Assembly: GCF_964204645.1 (NCBI RefSeq)
Contig: NC_134028.1
Span: 23,060,345-23,124,344, forward strand
Length of the DNA: 64,000 nucleotides
Direction of reading: 5' to 3'
Source of the DNA: Tubulanus polymorphus
Taxonomy: Eukaryota; Animalia; Nemertea
Under the pieces are notes generated by a model. It was not told the DNA's origin. It did not search any database and worked only from the letters and a program-made list of their open reading frames with translations. A program made the position numbers and the translations under genes. Within the stretch, counting starts at the first letter, position 1. Every line of letters begins with the position of its first letter. Positions 51,676-64,000 of the stretch are shown here, piece after piece.

Positions 51676-52016
51676 GTGACTTCACTATCAATTTCAGCTT
51701 GGGTTGGGGATACTGTATGTAGGCCAACTGTCAAAATCGATCCCTGATTAAGTGTTACTGTTAGCAATATTTCATAGAAGCAGTATCATCATATATTTTC
51801 CACGCCGAGATTAATGATGACAGTGACAGTCACTTGATTGAGTCTTTTGACTTTTGGTCTTCGACACGACGACAGCTAGTCGTCACTACTGACTGACAGC
51901 CTGAGCTTCATTCATCCCAACAAATTTAATCAAAATTGGATTCTTCGTATTTTCATCGTTAGTTCATTCAATGTTAAACTTCAACAATTCAAAGATCAAA
52001 GACAAAATAAACTTAC

Positions 52017-52306
52017 GCACTGTTCACAGTCGAGTGCCTAATCCAGGTCAGCTAATTAATCCTCGTTAATTAGACTAAATCCTTAAAAATTCATCAACCG
52101 GAAATATTTCCATCCCATCGCCCGTACACTAGCGCCACCACGAGTCACATGCCAGAGGTAGAACTGAAGAGTTGCGATTAGTTCCTGCATAGCAGAGTCT
52201 TTTTCGCAGTAGCTCGCTGTAAGTTCGAATCCTGATTTTTGAAGCATGGCTGCGGTCGCAACGAGCTCAGTGAAATTAGATGTTTTTATTTCTAGTCGTT
52301 AACAGG
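52017..52306. promoter_or_regulatory. Bidirectional promoter and non-coding first exons of MICAL-like (-) and ELAC2 (+)
   Basis: Minus-strand donor GTAAGT at 52016, plus-strand donor GTAAGT at 52307; CCGGAA and TAGCGCCACC motifs between them; both first coding exons are preceded by acceptors. Confidence 0.6.
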
Positions 52307-52698
52307 GTAAGTGATTTATATTTTCGATGTATTTTGAAATAAGTTAAACATACAACTGATATATCTGAGCAGTTATTTTTAGTTGAATTTGCTGCAAAAA
52401 CGATGATTTAAATGAAATTATTTCTAATCATGCAAATGCAAATAGAATTTTATTGCAATTTATGGCATAGAAGTATTGCATCAATATGCAATAAGTTAAA
52501 TCATCATTTTGTTGTCTGGTCTTCATGATTAAGAAAATGCAGGTCAGAATTTTTTCGAATTTTGTCACAGTTATCAATGTCTCTTCAGCAGGTATTTGAA
52601 TTTGATATAAATGTTTAATCATAATTGGCTACACTTTTAGATAGAAGGAAAATAATTGATAATGTATGATTTAATCTTTCAGCGGAGGTGACACATTG

Positions 52699-55600
52699 AT
52701 GATTTCGAATATAAGGAAACTGTGCGTGCGCTTTCATTACCAGAAACAACAAATATGTGAAACAAGTTTATCGCTGTTCTATAAAACCTCGTCGTCGTAT
52801 CTGAGTCGCGGATATTACTCTAGCGTAAACATGAATGCTAAAAACAAGCTGCCGAATAAAGGAAGGACATTGCGTCACGTTCGTTATAAAAAACAATTGA
52901 AGGGTAAACTGCCCGTACCCGGTTTAATGTATTTACAAGTAGTCGGTTCGGGAGGTCGCGGAGCTCCGAAATCTGTCGTTCTAACCACTGAACAGCACAA
53001 GTACGTCGATTCGTCAAACACCAGGGCTGGGTTTCATAGATGTGGAAGAAAAATAGTTTCTGGGAGCATTTTGAAATTTGTCAGTTATAACCATGGTTTC
53101 TCATTGTTACTATGGTGGTTGTCACCCAAATTGAGGATTTACCCTATTCAGTCTATGAGACCGGCCCCAGGGGTTATATAGACTGGTTTTACCTTTAACC
53201 CGGGGCTTACTCAATTCACTATCAATTGAGTATACGCTCCCGCGGTAAAGGTTATACCAGTCTACAAAACCGGGCCAGGGTTATGATTTACACTTGTTAT
53301 TGCCCAAATCTGCTCTGAAGTTTTCTCGTCACTTTTCAGGTATTTGTTCAACTGTGGTGAATGTACTCAAAGAATATTCACCGAACATAAGTAAGTTTTA
53401 TTTCGCATGCATGAGAAAAACTGACAATCGAAAGAAACTGTTTATAAAAATTTCAAAACTGATACTTACATCAAAAACATTAAATCAGTCCTTGAGTAAT
53501 TGTAAAGTCACTTACCAAATTAAAGGAAACTTAATTAGTCCACTTATTACTGCATTAGTTAACATTGGCTAATTCATTGGAATTAGTTTTAGTGTTACTT
53601 TAGCCAATCAAAAACTTTAAATCAGTCCTAGAGTAATTAAATAATTAATTAGAAAGTAATATCTGTGTTATTTTAAGATTAAGAAGATTTAATTTGGGGG
53701 ACGATTGTCCTGATACCCCCGGTACTAACGGAATGGTTTTGATTTTAGGATGAAACCTTCACGTCTTGAACATATCTTCATCACTCATAGAAACTGGCAA
53801 AACATTGGTGGATTGTTAGGTTTGTGTTTCAACTGAATTGGACAAAATTTGTTTAAGTAACCAGTGGATAACTACCATAGTAACAATGAGCTTTTAATTT
53901 TGATTATGTCAACTATCTACTGGTTATCTCTAACCAACTTTTGAGAAACTGGCCCTTGAATTTTGACTGAATTCTTTATTCAAAGTTTTGAATGAATGGA
54001 AGTATCTTGTTTGTAGGTATGGCTTTAACTCTACAGGCTAATAATGTACCGCACATTACTATTCATGGACCAGATTCAGTTGTACGTATATATCTGTACT
54101 ATTCATGTAGTCCACTTATATTTGATTTGATGTCATTCAGTTTTCACCGTGTTTATTACAGGAAAAGGTTGTTATGTACACGAGGGGATTTGCTGAGTTA
54201 CAATTTATGAAACTAAGTAGGGAATTATGTATTTTCTTCCTAAAAGCAACTGAAATCTTTTGAAAAACCTGCTACAGTTGTTCTTCGCGCTTATTATTTC
54301 GATTTTTTATAGGTAAATCAGAAGTCAGTGATAAAGAATATAAAGATCACGCACTAAGTATTGAGTATTTACCGATTCATTCTCACAAAATATCGAACTC
54401 GGAAACGTCATTATCTAATGAAGAAAGTGGCCCTGGTAAATATAGATTTATTTGTTGTCCTCGATTAGACCGAATTCAAGTAATTTCTCCTGATGAAAAT
54501 GATGTTGATTTCTGTTTTGCATAGATGAGAAACGAAGAAAGGTTCCAGATGCTGCTGATCTTGACATGGCTGTATCTTACATCTGCCGAGTAAGTTTATG
54601 AGAAATCAAGGCCTCGAAATTCAATCTACTTAGATTTGAAAATAGTTATTATTATTTCATTCATGATTTTTGTAGCCGACATTATTTCCGAGGAAAATGG
54701 ATATTGAGAAATGTAAAGAATTAGGAGTGCCATTGTAAGTAGCAGTAGCTAGATGAGTGACAGGTATTTTAAATATTTGTTTATCTAATGGCTAGATATT
54801 TATGTTTTCAGTGGACCACTGGTAGGACAGTTGAAGAATGGTAATGTAATCAATATGCCAGATGGACGAGTGGTAAGTAATTCCGACGGTGGTTCAGTGT
54901 TTAAGAATCAATCAAATCAATTGATCAATGAGAATTTTGTAATAGATCCAACCTGATGATGTACTCAGTCCACAGCCTGTCTCTTACCCATTCCTAAGTA
55001 AGTATCACAGAATCCGATATTAAGACCTTTTCTGATGATCATTTTATATCAAATTCTGGGTTTTTTTCGTATTTCTAGTCGTTGACTGCCCGAATGAACA
55101 TTTCCTGAGTAACTTCACGAGTTGTGAGAGATGGAATGAACTGGTATCAGAGGAACCCCAGTTGATCGTGCATTTTACGCCTCACTCATTGATCAACACC
55201 GAAAAATATCAAAACTGGCTTCGAATGTAAGTGAAGTCGTTTCTTTTATGCAGAATTGGACACGCAGCCAATAAAAAAATTGAGCCAATCCATGTTTTTT
55301 TTTTCAGGTTTCCTTCTTCAACTAAACATTTAATGTTGGATGGCTCCGATGAAGGGCTCGTTAGTTCTAGTATCTACAGAATACAGGCTACTTTAAACTT
55401 ACTCAGTGAGGATATGTTCCCTCTACTTCCGGCTCAACAGAAAAATGTGGATGTAAGTCTTTCAAAAATCTCCATCAAATTTTTGCTTAGAGAAACATTT
55501 TTGTGTGAGATATTTATTCGGTCGTCTGTTTAGAAAAGATCGACGTCTGACAACAACCAGAACAGGGTGATCGGTAAAACAAATGCCATCTATCACATAC

Positions 55601-58068
55601 GCCCGAAAAGTGGTTTTGATTTGTAAGTACACATTGTCGTATATCAGTTCTGTAATTACTTTTAACGGTGTATAGTGAAGTTCTCTGTTTGAATTCAGTG
55701 AACAGTGTATTGTGATCGATAATGAGCTCGATATAAACAGCGCCTTAGAACAAGAAGGTGTCGTGGAGGCTCTCGAGAAAATGAGGACAGATTTGAAGTC
55801 AATAAATCGAGGTATCTCAAAATAACTCTCTCCCTTCCTGAAAAATAGTAAATAGGTTGACTAAAATATGGAATTGTGCGTGATTTTATAGATAGAACTA
55901 AAACTCATCAATATCCCGAACTGGTATTCCTCGGTACGGGATCTTCAGTTCCCAGTAAAGATCGTAATGTAAGCTGTATAATTGTACACCTGACCGCTGA
56001 TAAGTCGATACTGCTCGACTGCGGAGAAGGATCGCTCGCTCAGTTGTGGAGACATTACGGAGATGAGACACCCGATATTTTGAGACGGATTAAAGGAATT
56101 TATATTTCTCACATGCATGCTGATCATCACATGGTAAGTGACTCTATCGCTCCCCTCTGCCTTTTCCTCCCCTCTCTTCTCTCCATCTCCCTTTTACTCC
56201 CTCTCCCTCCCTCCCCTCTCTCCCTCCATCTCCCTCTCTCCATCTCCTCCTCTCCCTCACTCGTATATTTGAGTGTAATCTATATTAATTATTCTTATAC
56301 TGTATTCCACAGGGTTTGTTTAATATTATTCTCGCCAGACAGCATTATTTCCCCGATGATATGTCCGAGTTTCCTGTGCTAGCTCCGCTACAGTTTAACA
56401 GATGGTTTCAACGATATAAACAGTATTTACAATCTCCACACGAGAATATCAGGTATTAGTGAATCTATCGGGGATTTCGAGGAAATCATTTTTGATTTGA
56501 GAGTGATCTAACTATTTTCTATTCGTAGATTTTCGATGGTGCCGTTACAGAACGTGATGCTACACGACGTTCACGATTACACGGATATAAAACTATACGA
56601 AAAAGTGATCAGAATGTTTGACTTCGAAAAGGTAGATATCTCGCCCCTAATTTTTGTCAAAAATCACTGACCGTCTGATCACGACGCCTAAGGCTTATAT
56701 TTTCTATCTAGATGGATGTGGTGTATGTTGAACATTGCAAAAATTCGTTTGGAATAGCGATAACGCATAAACAAGGCTGGAAGATTACGTACTCGGGTGA
56801 TACAATGCCGACACAAAACCTCGTACAGGCTGGTGAGTATTTCAGCGACAGGATGCTATATCTGTATGAGGTAAAGTATTACCGGATACAAGTATCTCAT
56901 TATTGTAACTGTATTCAGGTATTGACAGCGATATATTGATTCATGAAGCTACGATGGAAGATGGAATGGAAGATGACGCCAAATTCAAAACTCACAGGTA
57001 GGTATGAAATAAGATAAAAACCCACTATCTACAGATTAAAAGAATTTGAAAACAAGAATTTATTTATTCGAACAATCTAAAATATATAGAATACACAACA
57101 TTTCGATCTCACCCTAGAGATCATCGTCAGGTGTGAGATTGAAACGTCATGTATTCTATATATTTTAGATTGTTCGAATAAATAAATTCTTGTTTTTAGA
57201 TTCTTTTAATGCGTAGATAGTGGGTTTTTATGTTATTATCCGTTCACCACGTTTGAGTGTGGTTATCGTTCTACTATGTTTCGACTATATTCGCATTATC
57301 TGCATTCTACGATTCTCCACATATATATTATCTAGGAATATGATTTATCGCATCAAATAGCCATAAGGTTAAACAGAGACATTGATGTGCACGAGTAAAG
57401 ATAAATTCAGATACATAATTTAAATCCAATTAACATGGCAAAACTGTTTAATCATCTTACTAATTACTAATTACTGCATATTACTACAGATTAACCACGT
57501 TTAAGTGTGGTTATCGTTGAGGTATGAAATAGTTACCGGACTAGTTAGCGAGCGATATCATCACATTGAAACAGAAATAATTTACTAATCGTGAATTCGT
57601 CTTCAGCACGACGTCTCAGGCTATCGATATCGGCACGAGAATGCGAGCGAAATTTATACTACTGAATCACTTCAGTCAGAGATATGCTAAAATTCCGATT
57701 CTAAACAAACCGTTCGCCAAGAATATCGGCATCAGTTTCGATAATATGAGGGTAAGCACCAAATCGTCATGTGATTCAATGAGGGAACCGTTTTACCCTG
57801 AAAGATTCTTCATTGTAAAATATATTGAAATTCTGTTCTCATTCCTAATAAGGTCAATATGGATACATTGCCGTTGATTCCGTATTTTGCTGAACCGTTG
57901 AAGAAATTATTCGCGGAACATTACGCAGAAATGGAAATGAAAACGCAGAAAAGAGAACTTCAAAAGAGAGCGTTCGAAATGGCGGATAAACAAGAGGAAA
58001 TACAAACTGAAGAAATTACTGATCAGAAAATAGAACTGTCCGATGAAATTCTAGTGAAAAATACGTGA
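52699..58068 (+). CDS. ELAC2: tRNase Z long form (zinc phosphodiesterase ELAC2)
   Basis: About 21 short exons from 52699-53000 to 57853-58068. Motifs YLFNCGECTQR, LEHIFITH...IGGLLGM, PELVFLGTGSSVPSKDRNVS, LLDCGEGS, SHMHADHH (HxHxDH), YSGDTMP, LIHEATMED, LLNHFSQRYAK. Not every internal exon boundary was phase-checked. Confidence 0.95.
56147..56260 (+). repeat. CT-rich polypyrimidine tract in ELAC2 intron
   Basis: Over 100 nt almost entirely C/T. Confidence 0.8.
57012..57519. mobile_element. Foldback insertion with hammerhead motif and 12-bp target duplication (Penelope-like derivative inferred)
   Basis: AGGTATGAAATA at 57000-57011 and 57520-57531; about 105-bp inverted arms 57008-57112 / 57133-57237; internal direct repeat ACCACGTTTRAGTGTGGTTATCGTT near 57246 and 57494. 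Confidence 0.7.
57093..57134 (-). ncRNA. Minimal type I hammerhead ribozyme motif
   Basis: Minus strand ACAC-CUGACGA-U-GAUCUC-UAGGGU-GAGAUC-GAAA-UG-UU-GUGU: 4-bp stem I, CUGANGA core, 6-bp stem II. Confidence 0.65.
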
Positions 58069-58884
58069 TATTTATCTCATGTTAAAATAAGTTGTTTTTC
58101 TATTAATGAATGAATGAAATAAAATGTAATTTAAACAGATTTATTCTGTTCTGTGCAAGTTGCTTTTATCAATAGCCTGGTTTTACCTCTGAAGATGTTG
58201 CGAGATACTTCTTGTGTGATAGCAGCAGCTTATACCTGCTTAGTATCGATGAGCCAAGCTCCACGGATCAGTCAGATGTATCCTAGCTAGTTCCACCAAA
58301 TTTCTGAGTTGTATCCCAAGCTGGTTCCATTCTTAGTCCTCTGGACCCAGTTCCACGTTTGTGAGTTAAAGTTGGTTCATTTTCGATTAGTACTCGGAGT
58401 AAAATCTCAACTCAGAACTGGACCCTGAAGATACGAGTCTGGTGAGAACTCAATTAAATCCTAGCAGCGTAACATTTGTTGTTGATTAGTACCAGTCTAC
58501 AAAACTGGGCCCAAGGATATGAATGGTGAGACTTCAAGCTGCAGCATAGATCCACTGTTATCCATTTCAAGATGTATCCACCGATGAAGGCACCGAAAAG
58601 TCTTATTAAATATCGAAGAGGCCAAAGAATCGAACGATGACACGTATTTGAACATAATTCAAAAACATTTTATTTCCACAACTTTCTAAAGCGACCTAAA
58701 CCTAACCTAATCGGGATCGGGTAATATGAATTATAGTAACCATACAGAACAAAAACTGAAAGTACACAACATCTCGGCGACGATAAATGTAACGATAAAG
58801 CGGATTTAATATCGTATATCGGCATAATCGATTCACGGTTCAAGATGGCGCGTTGTTTGGTTAGTGCGTGTCTCGGTGTGCGGT

Positions 58885-61800
58885 CTACTCTTCGATGGTT
58901 TCTTCGACTTTCACAAGGAATTCAATAGTTTCTTCGGTAAAATTCTCGGTATCGTTGGAAATATCGTCGGTATCGATACCTGTAAAGATATAAATAATAA
59001 CCGCATCAGATTCTGCAGAATCGGAATCAGGTTAAATTATAAAGCCTGTTGTATGTGTACCTCCGCGTAGAGCCATACGCTGTGGTTTCTGCTCCTGGTA
59101 TTCGGCCATTACTTGCTCGCGATACTTCAGGAATTCGTCGACCTTCTTCTGACGACGTTCGATCAATTCCTAAAAACGAAAACATATTCGATCGGTGAAA
59201 TTAAACGATCACACAGAATTACATCAGGGATCATTCATTTATTACGTACGCATAAAATTTGAATGCTGCGGCAATAATTTACTGAATGACGGTTTTTTTT
59301 TTCATTGAATACCACGTTTTTGAGGAAATTAAGTCAATTCGCCGCGGCAATATTAAGAATCTGTCCAAAATCGGCATTTGGCCGCAGCAATACAACATTG
59401 CTTCCAACGCGCCTGTATATCAGTCATTCCAGAATTAAAGCAGTTTTCAAGGAGAAAATTTTCAATTTTGAGAAAGAGTCTGCATCACTTTCAATCATAT
59501 CCCAATTACTGTTGATTCCTCCTCAATCAGTACTGTTAATCTCAGTAAACCATTTAATTCAGGGGACTCTGTGTGTATGATAACTAGGCCTAGAACCTAA
59601 AAATGTTTTATTTGCCAATTTCTCAAAATTCAAAGAGTTATCAAGGACTTTTGGGCATTTTGCTCAAATTCAAGGATATCCAAGGACCTTGAAAAACATG
59701 TTCGATTAAGAAGAAGTTTTCAAGGAATCAAGGAGAGTCGTAGGGCGCCTGTAGATTTTGAAATTCAACAGTTTTCGTACCTTGGAAGCCTTGGTTTGAC
59801 TCATACGATCTTTCACTTCGAACTGCGCGCTGTATTTCTTCATGTTTTTCTTGATTTCCTACAAAACGAAAATATACCTCGACTGCAGTTGAAAATCGAG
59901 TAGACGATTTCGAGAAACTTTTTTCGATCGCGAGTTACGTACCTTGATCATAGCGTCGGTAAGCAGACTAGGAGGTCGCGGTCTCCACAGTAACTGACAG
60001 AATCTCTCCAACGGCTGCTTCTGTAGCAGACGACCTTGGAAATTCCAGATCCAGTAAGCGTTATCGACCTAAACGTTAATAAATCACACGAATATTAGAT
60101 TTTAAAAGGGAATGACAGCGTTTTTTAAGACGAACGAGGAGGTGACTGACCTTGTGTCCCCACCAGCTGACAGCAGACGCCACGTAGCGACCTGTCGGGT
60201 CCCATTCTACGTCAGTAGCCATGAAATGTTCATTCATATTCATGATAGTCATATCGTTAGTATCGATGAACTCTAATGATCCACTCATACTGCAATTAAT
60301 AACAATAAATATTCAATTCAACTCACGAAACGGTCGATAATCAAATTTCACAAGGTTCATAGTAATAAGGTTAAGGCTAAGACCGTGGACTGTTACTTAC
60401 CTTCTCAGTCCAGCTAGAACGACGAATTGTCCCATCGGTGACCAGAATATATGATTGACTTGACGTTTCTCAAAAGTTTCTATAGAAACGAAGATAACGG
60501 ATAGGATTAATTAGGAATCTTGTCGATATATTTCCGCAATCGGAATTTTACGACGGTGCCGATGATAATACGTACTGATTAGATCCACGCGGCCAGCCGG
60601 CCGAACCTGATAGAAACTGACAGATATACGAGTACTTTCGCCGTGAATAAATGAAAACTTATGACCGGTCGGTTCCCAGGCGAACGCGATAATCGGCTCT
60701 ACAAAACAACGATGTAAAACAGTATATATAGAGACTCAGTACTAAACGAGTATAACTGCTTCAAACTGTAGCAAATTGACAACGCAATTCTCTAACTTAT
60801 GTCATTTTTTCAGTTTATTCTAATCTAAAATACTCACCTTTCATCTCGACCTTATCAACTGGAATTTGCTTCTCGCGCATGCGAAAGATTTCAAAATTGT
60901 GATACATGCCCTGTAAAAATACATATGATCTTTATCGTCAGATACAGACCTTGATGAACAAATACAAACACTATCTCAAAATAACTTAACGCTGTATTTG
61001 ATAACTTAAGCTTTATCTACGTATACTAAATACTTATACTCCATTTAATAACTTACGCTGTATTTAATTTGATCTTTCTCTTTCTTCATTTTCGAATATC
61101 GATCGACCTTACAGCACAAGTAATCGCCGTTTTTCTGCCAGTGCATTTTCAGATCGGCGACGTTGAAAAGATTCTTAACGCAGAGCTCTCGACGACTGGG
61201 TATCTCGAGGAGGGTCACCCGAGCCGGCGTGTTATTCTCCTCCGGCGTGCAGTAACAGATTATATTGTCTGTAGGCGACCACGAAAAATCACTACAATAA
61301 AATACGTTAAGAACTTCAATAGTAGGAGATTTAATATTTGTTTTACTAATTGAAAGGCTGTGCTCCCCATGACTGGTTTTAGGGGGTGGCCCCCTTTTCA
61401 TTTTTACATCAATCCCTCTGAAAGTAAGCCACCCTTATAAAATATCTTCTGCCCCTACCAGAGTGCATGTCAATGTTCTACCTATGCTAACAATTGCTTT
61501 GATTTTGAAATGTATTGAGCTATGTGATGAATAGAAGACTACGCAAAACTCATGATGTCAGTATACTTTGAGGGATCGAAAGCCTCGCTACTTCAGCAGC
61601 CACCATTTCATACACTTAATCATGCATGCAGCCCCTTTTAAAATCCAGTATATGGTGAACAATGACTTACGCAATTCCAGTAATTTTCAAACTTTTCTTG
61701 TCCAACAAACCGAAAGACTGCAAAACAAAATTATGGATTATTTTATGGCAATCCTATTTTCGTAGCGACGAAAAGATGTTGAATATCTGTAAGACTTACA

Positions 61801-64000
61801 GGAGTTTCATAGATACTCAGAGTATCAGTACCGATCCTTGCAAAATATTTCCCATCGGGACTCCACCTAAAAATACGAACAAAAGTTTCAATCATAACTG
61901 CAGCGTTTGAATCCTTACAAATAATGGCATGAATCAGTGTAATACTTACTTGAATATCGGCCAAACCGAAGCGTTTTCACAGTGGAAACTACGTTTCTGT
62001 AAACCAGTCAGAATATCCCAGATAATTACTGCCCTCGATTCATCGGATTTCGTATCGGGAATCGGACTAAACGTCACCATATACCTGTAAAATAAGGAAT
62101 GAATATATCAACGAGAACTTTGAAGAAATACTGGCAGTAATAATAAAATATATTTTCTTATATAGCGCGGTAAAAAAATCTTAACCACTGCGCCTAAAAC
62201 TACATTATAAAAGCACAATAATTAATCACCATTGGCGTTTTTAAACGAAAAGTTTTTCAATCTGGATTTGAAGGCAGAGACAGATGGAGACTCTCTTATG
62301 CTACGAGCTAGTTCATTCCAAAGATTAGGAGCTGAATAGCAAAATGAACTCTCCGTCCAATAACCTTTTTTTGGCGTAGGTTCTTCGTGAAGCCGAAATA
62401 CTTACCTTTCACAGCTGGAGAAGTCGATCAGTTGAACGCCGTTATGACTGAACCTCATAATCTGACGGAATTTCTCTCCGCCCCACAGAGCGATACCTTT
62501 CGAGTGAAACGTAGCAAGGTAGGTTCCCATCGGTGACCATCGTACGTACGTCTCCGTCCATCTCTACAAATAACACACACACACATCACAATTAAACAGA
62601 GGAAGCTTCATTATGACGAGTCACAAATTGAATAGAACTCCTTAACCCTTTCAGTGCGTCTACACCGCATTGCAGTGTATAAATCAGTGATGGATTTTGC
62701 TAGTACGCTGCACTGCGGTGTATTGATGTAATTAGTTTTCATCTCTATTGAAAAATGGCAGCACCTGTCAAACGTAGTGAAATACTAGTAACTAACAATA
62801 CACCGCACCGCAGTGTAGACGTACTATAACAGTATTCCTGCTCTCCAACACACTAGGGTGGAATTTATCAAAATTTTCAAATTATCTCCAGCACTATAGG
62901 GTATCAGTTAGTCAGCACTGAAAGTGTTAATCGAGTGAGCATTGCAATGATTAAGATGATGAACTCACAGCTCTCTCCTCGACGGATAAAGGTTCGGCAT
63001 TATTTCCGTTCGCGAATATAGCCGTTCGTTCGCCGCCGTCGTATATTATACTATACTGATCATGACAATCGGAATTCTGTAACCATTGACGTAGATTACC
63101 CTGAAATTAAACGACATCTCATTGAAATTTCATAGTCGGTCGAGTCGAAAAAGTGAAACTTTTCTCATCATTTAAGACCGCGATCCGAGTTGTCCTAGTG
63201 CAGGACAGACTCTCACACAATTCAAACAGGCGCTATACAAAATTGTCCCAAAAAATAATTTACGATACCAAAAGTATGCATTTAGAAACAAATACTTGAA
63301 ATAAGTGGAAATTTTTGTGCCAAGTTAGCACTTACTAAGCAAAGGGCCTAATTTTTTTTCAAAAGTAACCGCAAAAGCATTTAGGACACTCGCTATAGAC
63401 CCTGTTGTATGCTGACAACTTACATGATCTTTATAAGGCATAGGTTCAGGTTTTTCCCACTCATCCGGTACATTCGCATACCTATAAATAGACACAAAAT
63501 ATACACAGTAATTACCTGCGCAGATCAAATACAATTGAGTCACCTTATTTATTGACCCGATTTTTAGGTCTAGAAATTCGACTATACCACGAGTAAATTA
63601 CAATATTGCGTTGTATTTACCTATCAAAGTCAGAGAACAGATTAACACTGAACGTGTGAGCTTTATCCAGTTTATAACCGTTGGTTTTAGTAACGGCTTC
63701 CTGAGCGTGGGCCGGGTTCGTATACTCCAGGAATATATACCTAAAAAACGATATTAATTTTATACAAGAAATTAAACTCATTTCATACCATAAGTAAAAT
63801 TATTAAAAATGTCAAAATAGAATATTCTAGATTATTTACCCTTTAGTCATTCCATTCTCTTCAGGATAATGCTCAGTCACTAATTTACCGAATTGTTGAT
63901 AGATTTTACGTATGACGTTTTTCAGTTTGTCTTTACGATCGCTGCCGACTTTCGGTATGTTGTCGACGACGATGACCGAGTCGATTCCGTCGGTCTCTTT
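58885..64000 (-). CDS. EIF3B: Eukaryotic translation initiation factor 3 subunit B, 5' end outside the window
   Basis: About 17 exons; RRM segment [83 protein letters not shown]; stop TAG at 58887-58885. Confidence 0.95.
62139..62350 (-). mobile_element. 5'-truncated L2/CR1-group LINE 3' end in EIF3B intron
   Basis: Minus-strand translation [32 protein letters not shown] resembles the conserved C-terminus of L2-type ORF2; followed by GCGCTATATAAG and a TATT-rich tail. Confidence 0.7.
62646..62926. mobile_element. piggyBac-type MITE with TTAA target duplication (second copy, opposite orientation)
   Basis: TTAA|CCCTTTCAGTGC ... GCACTGAAAGTG|TTAA; reverse complement of 12357-12637 with scattered substitutions. 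Confidence 0.88.

Noticed and set aside
52208-52234. tRNA-like element (GTTCGAATCC) in the ELAC2 5' region
   Set aside because: Only an isolated B-box word with no cloverleaf; similar isolated words occur at about 14859 and 33070.
52246-52306. Upstream coding exon extending ELAC2
   Set aside because: Every frame and donor combination I tried hits a stop before joining the main frame.
61524-61600. C/D snoRNA starting GTGATGA on the plus strand
   Set aside because: Antisense to the host gene and no terminal CTGA D box.

Overview
AT-rich, gene-dense eukaryotic DNA with GT-AG introns, most consistent with an invertebrate animal. I assembled nine complete protein-coding genes and one partial gene by hand from splice sites and phase: B9D1 (-), an FKBP12-type PPIase (+), GALK1 (-), ANKRD54 (+), an SLC36/AAAP-type amino acid transporter (+), TBC1D16 (-), CCDC40 (+), a MICAL-like protein (-), ELAC2 (+) and the 3' part of EIF3B (-). 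Four head-to-head gene pairs are present. Introns carry many short MITEs (TA, TTAA and 5-6 bp target duplications), LINE 3' remnants and tandem repeats. Most notable observations: (1) a family of intronic elements built around minimal hammerhead-ribozyme motifs, one downstream of a tRNA-derived Pol III-type head and one inside a foldback insertion with a 12-bp target duplication; (2) a frame-enforced pair of mutually exclusive exons and a mucin-like RRLL-containing loop in the transporter; (3) an FKBP12 with plant-type rather than animal-type signature residues; (4) a MICAL-like protein with only half a LIM domain; (5) the TBC1D16-CCDC40 head-to-head arrangement also seen in human. Gene names rest on recalled motif similarity, not on database searches.
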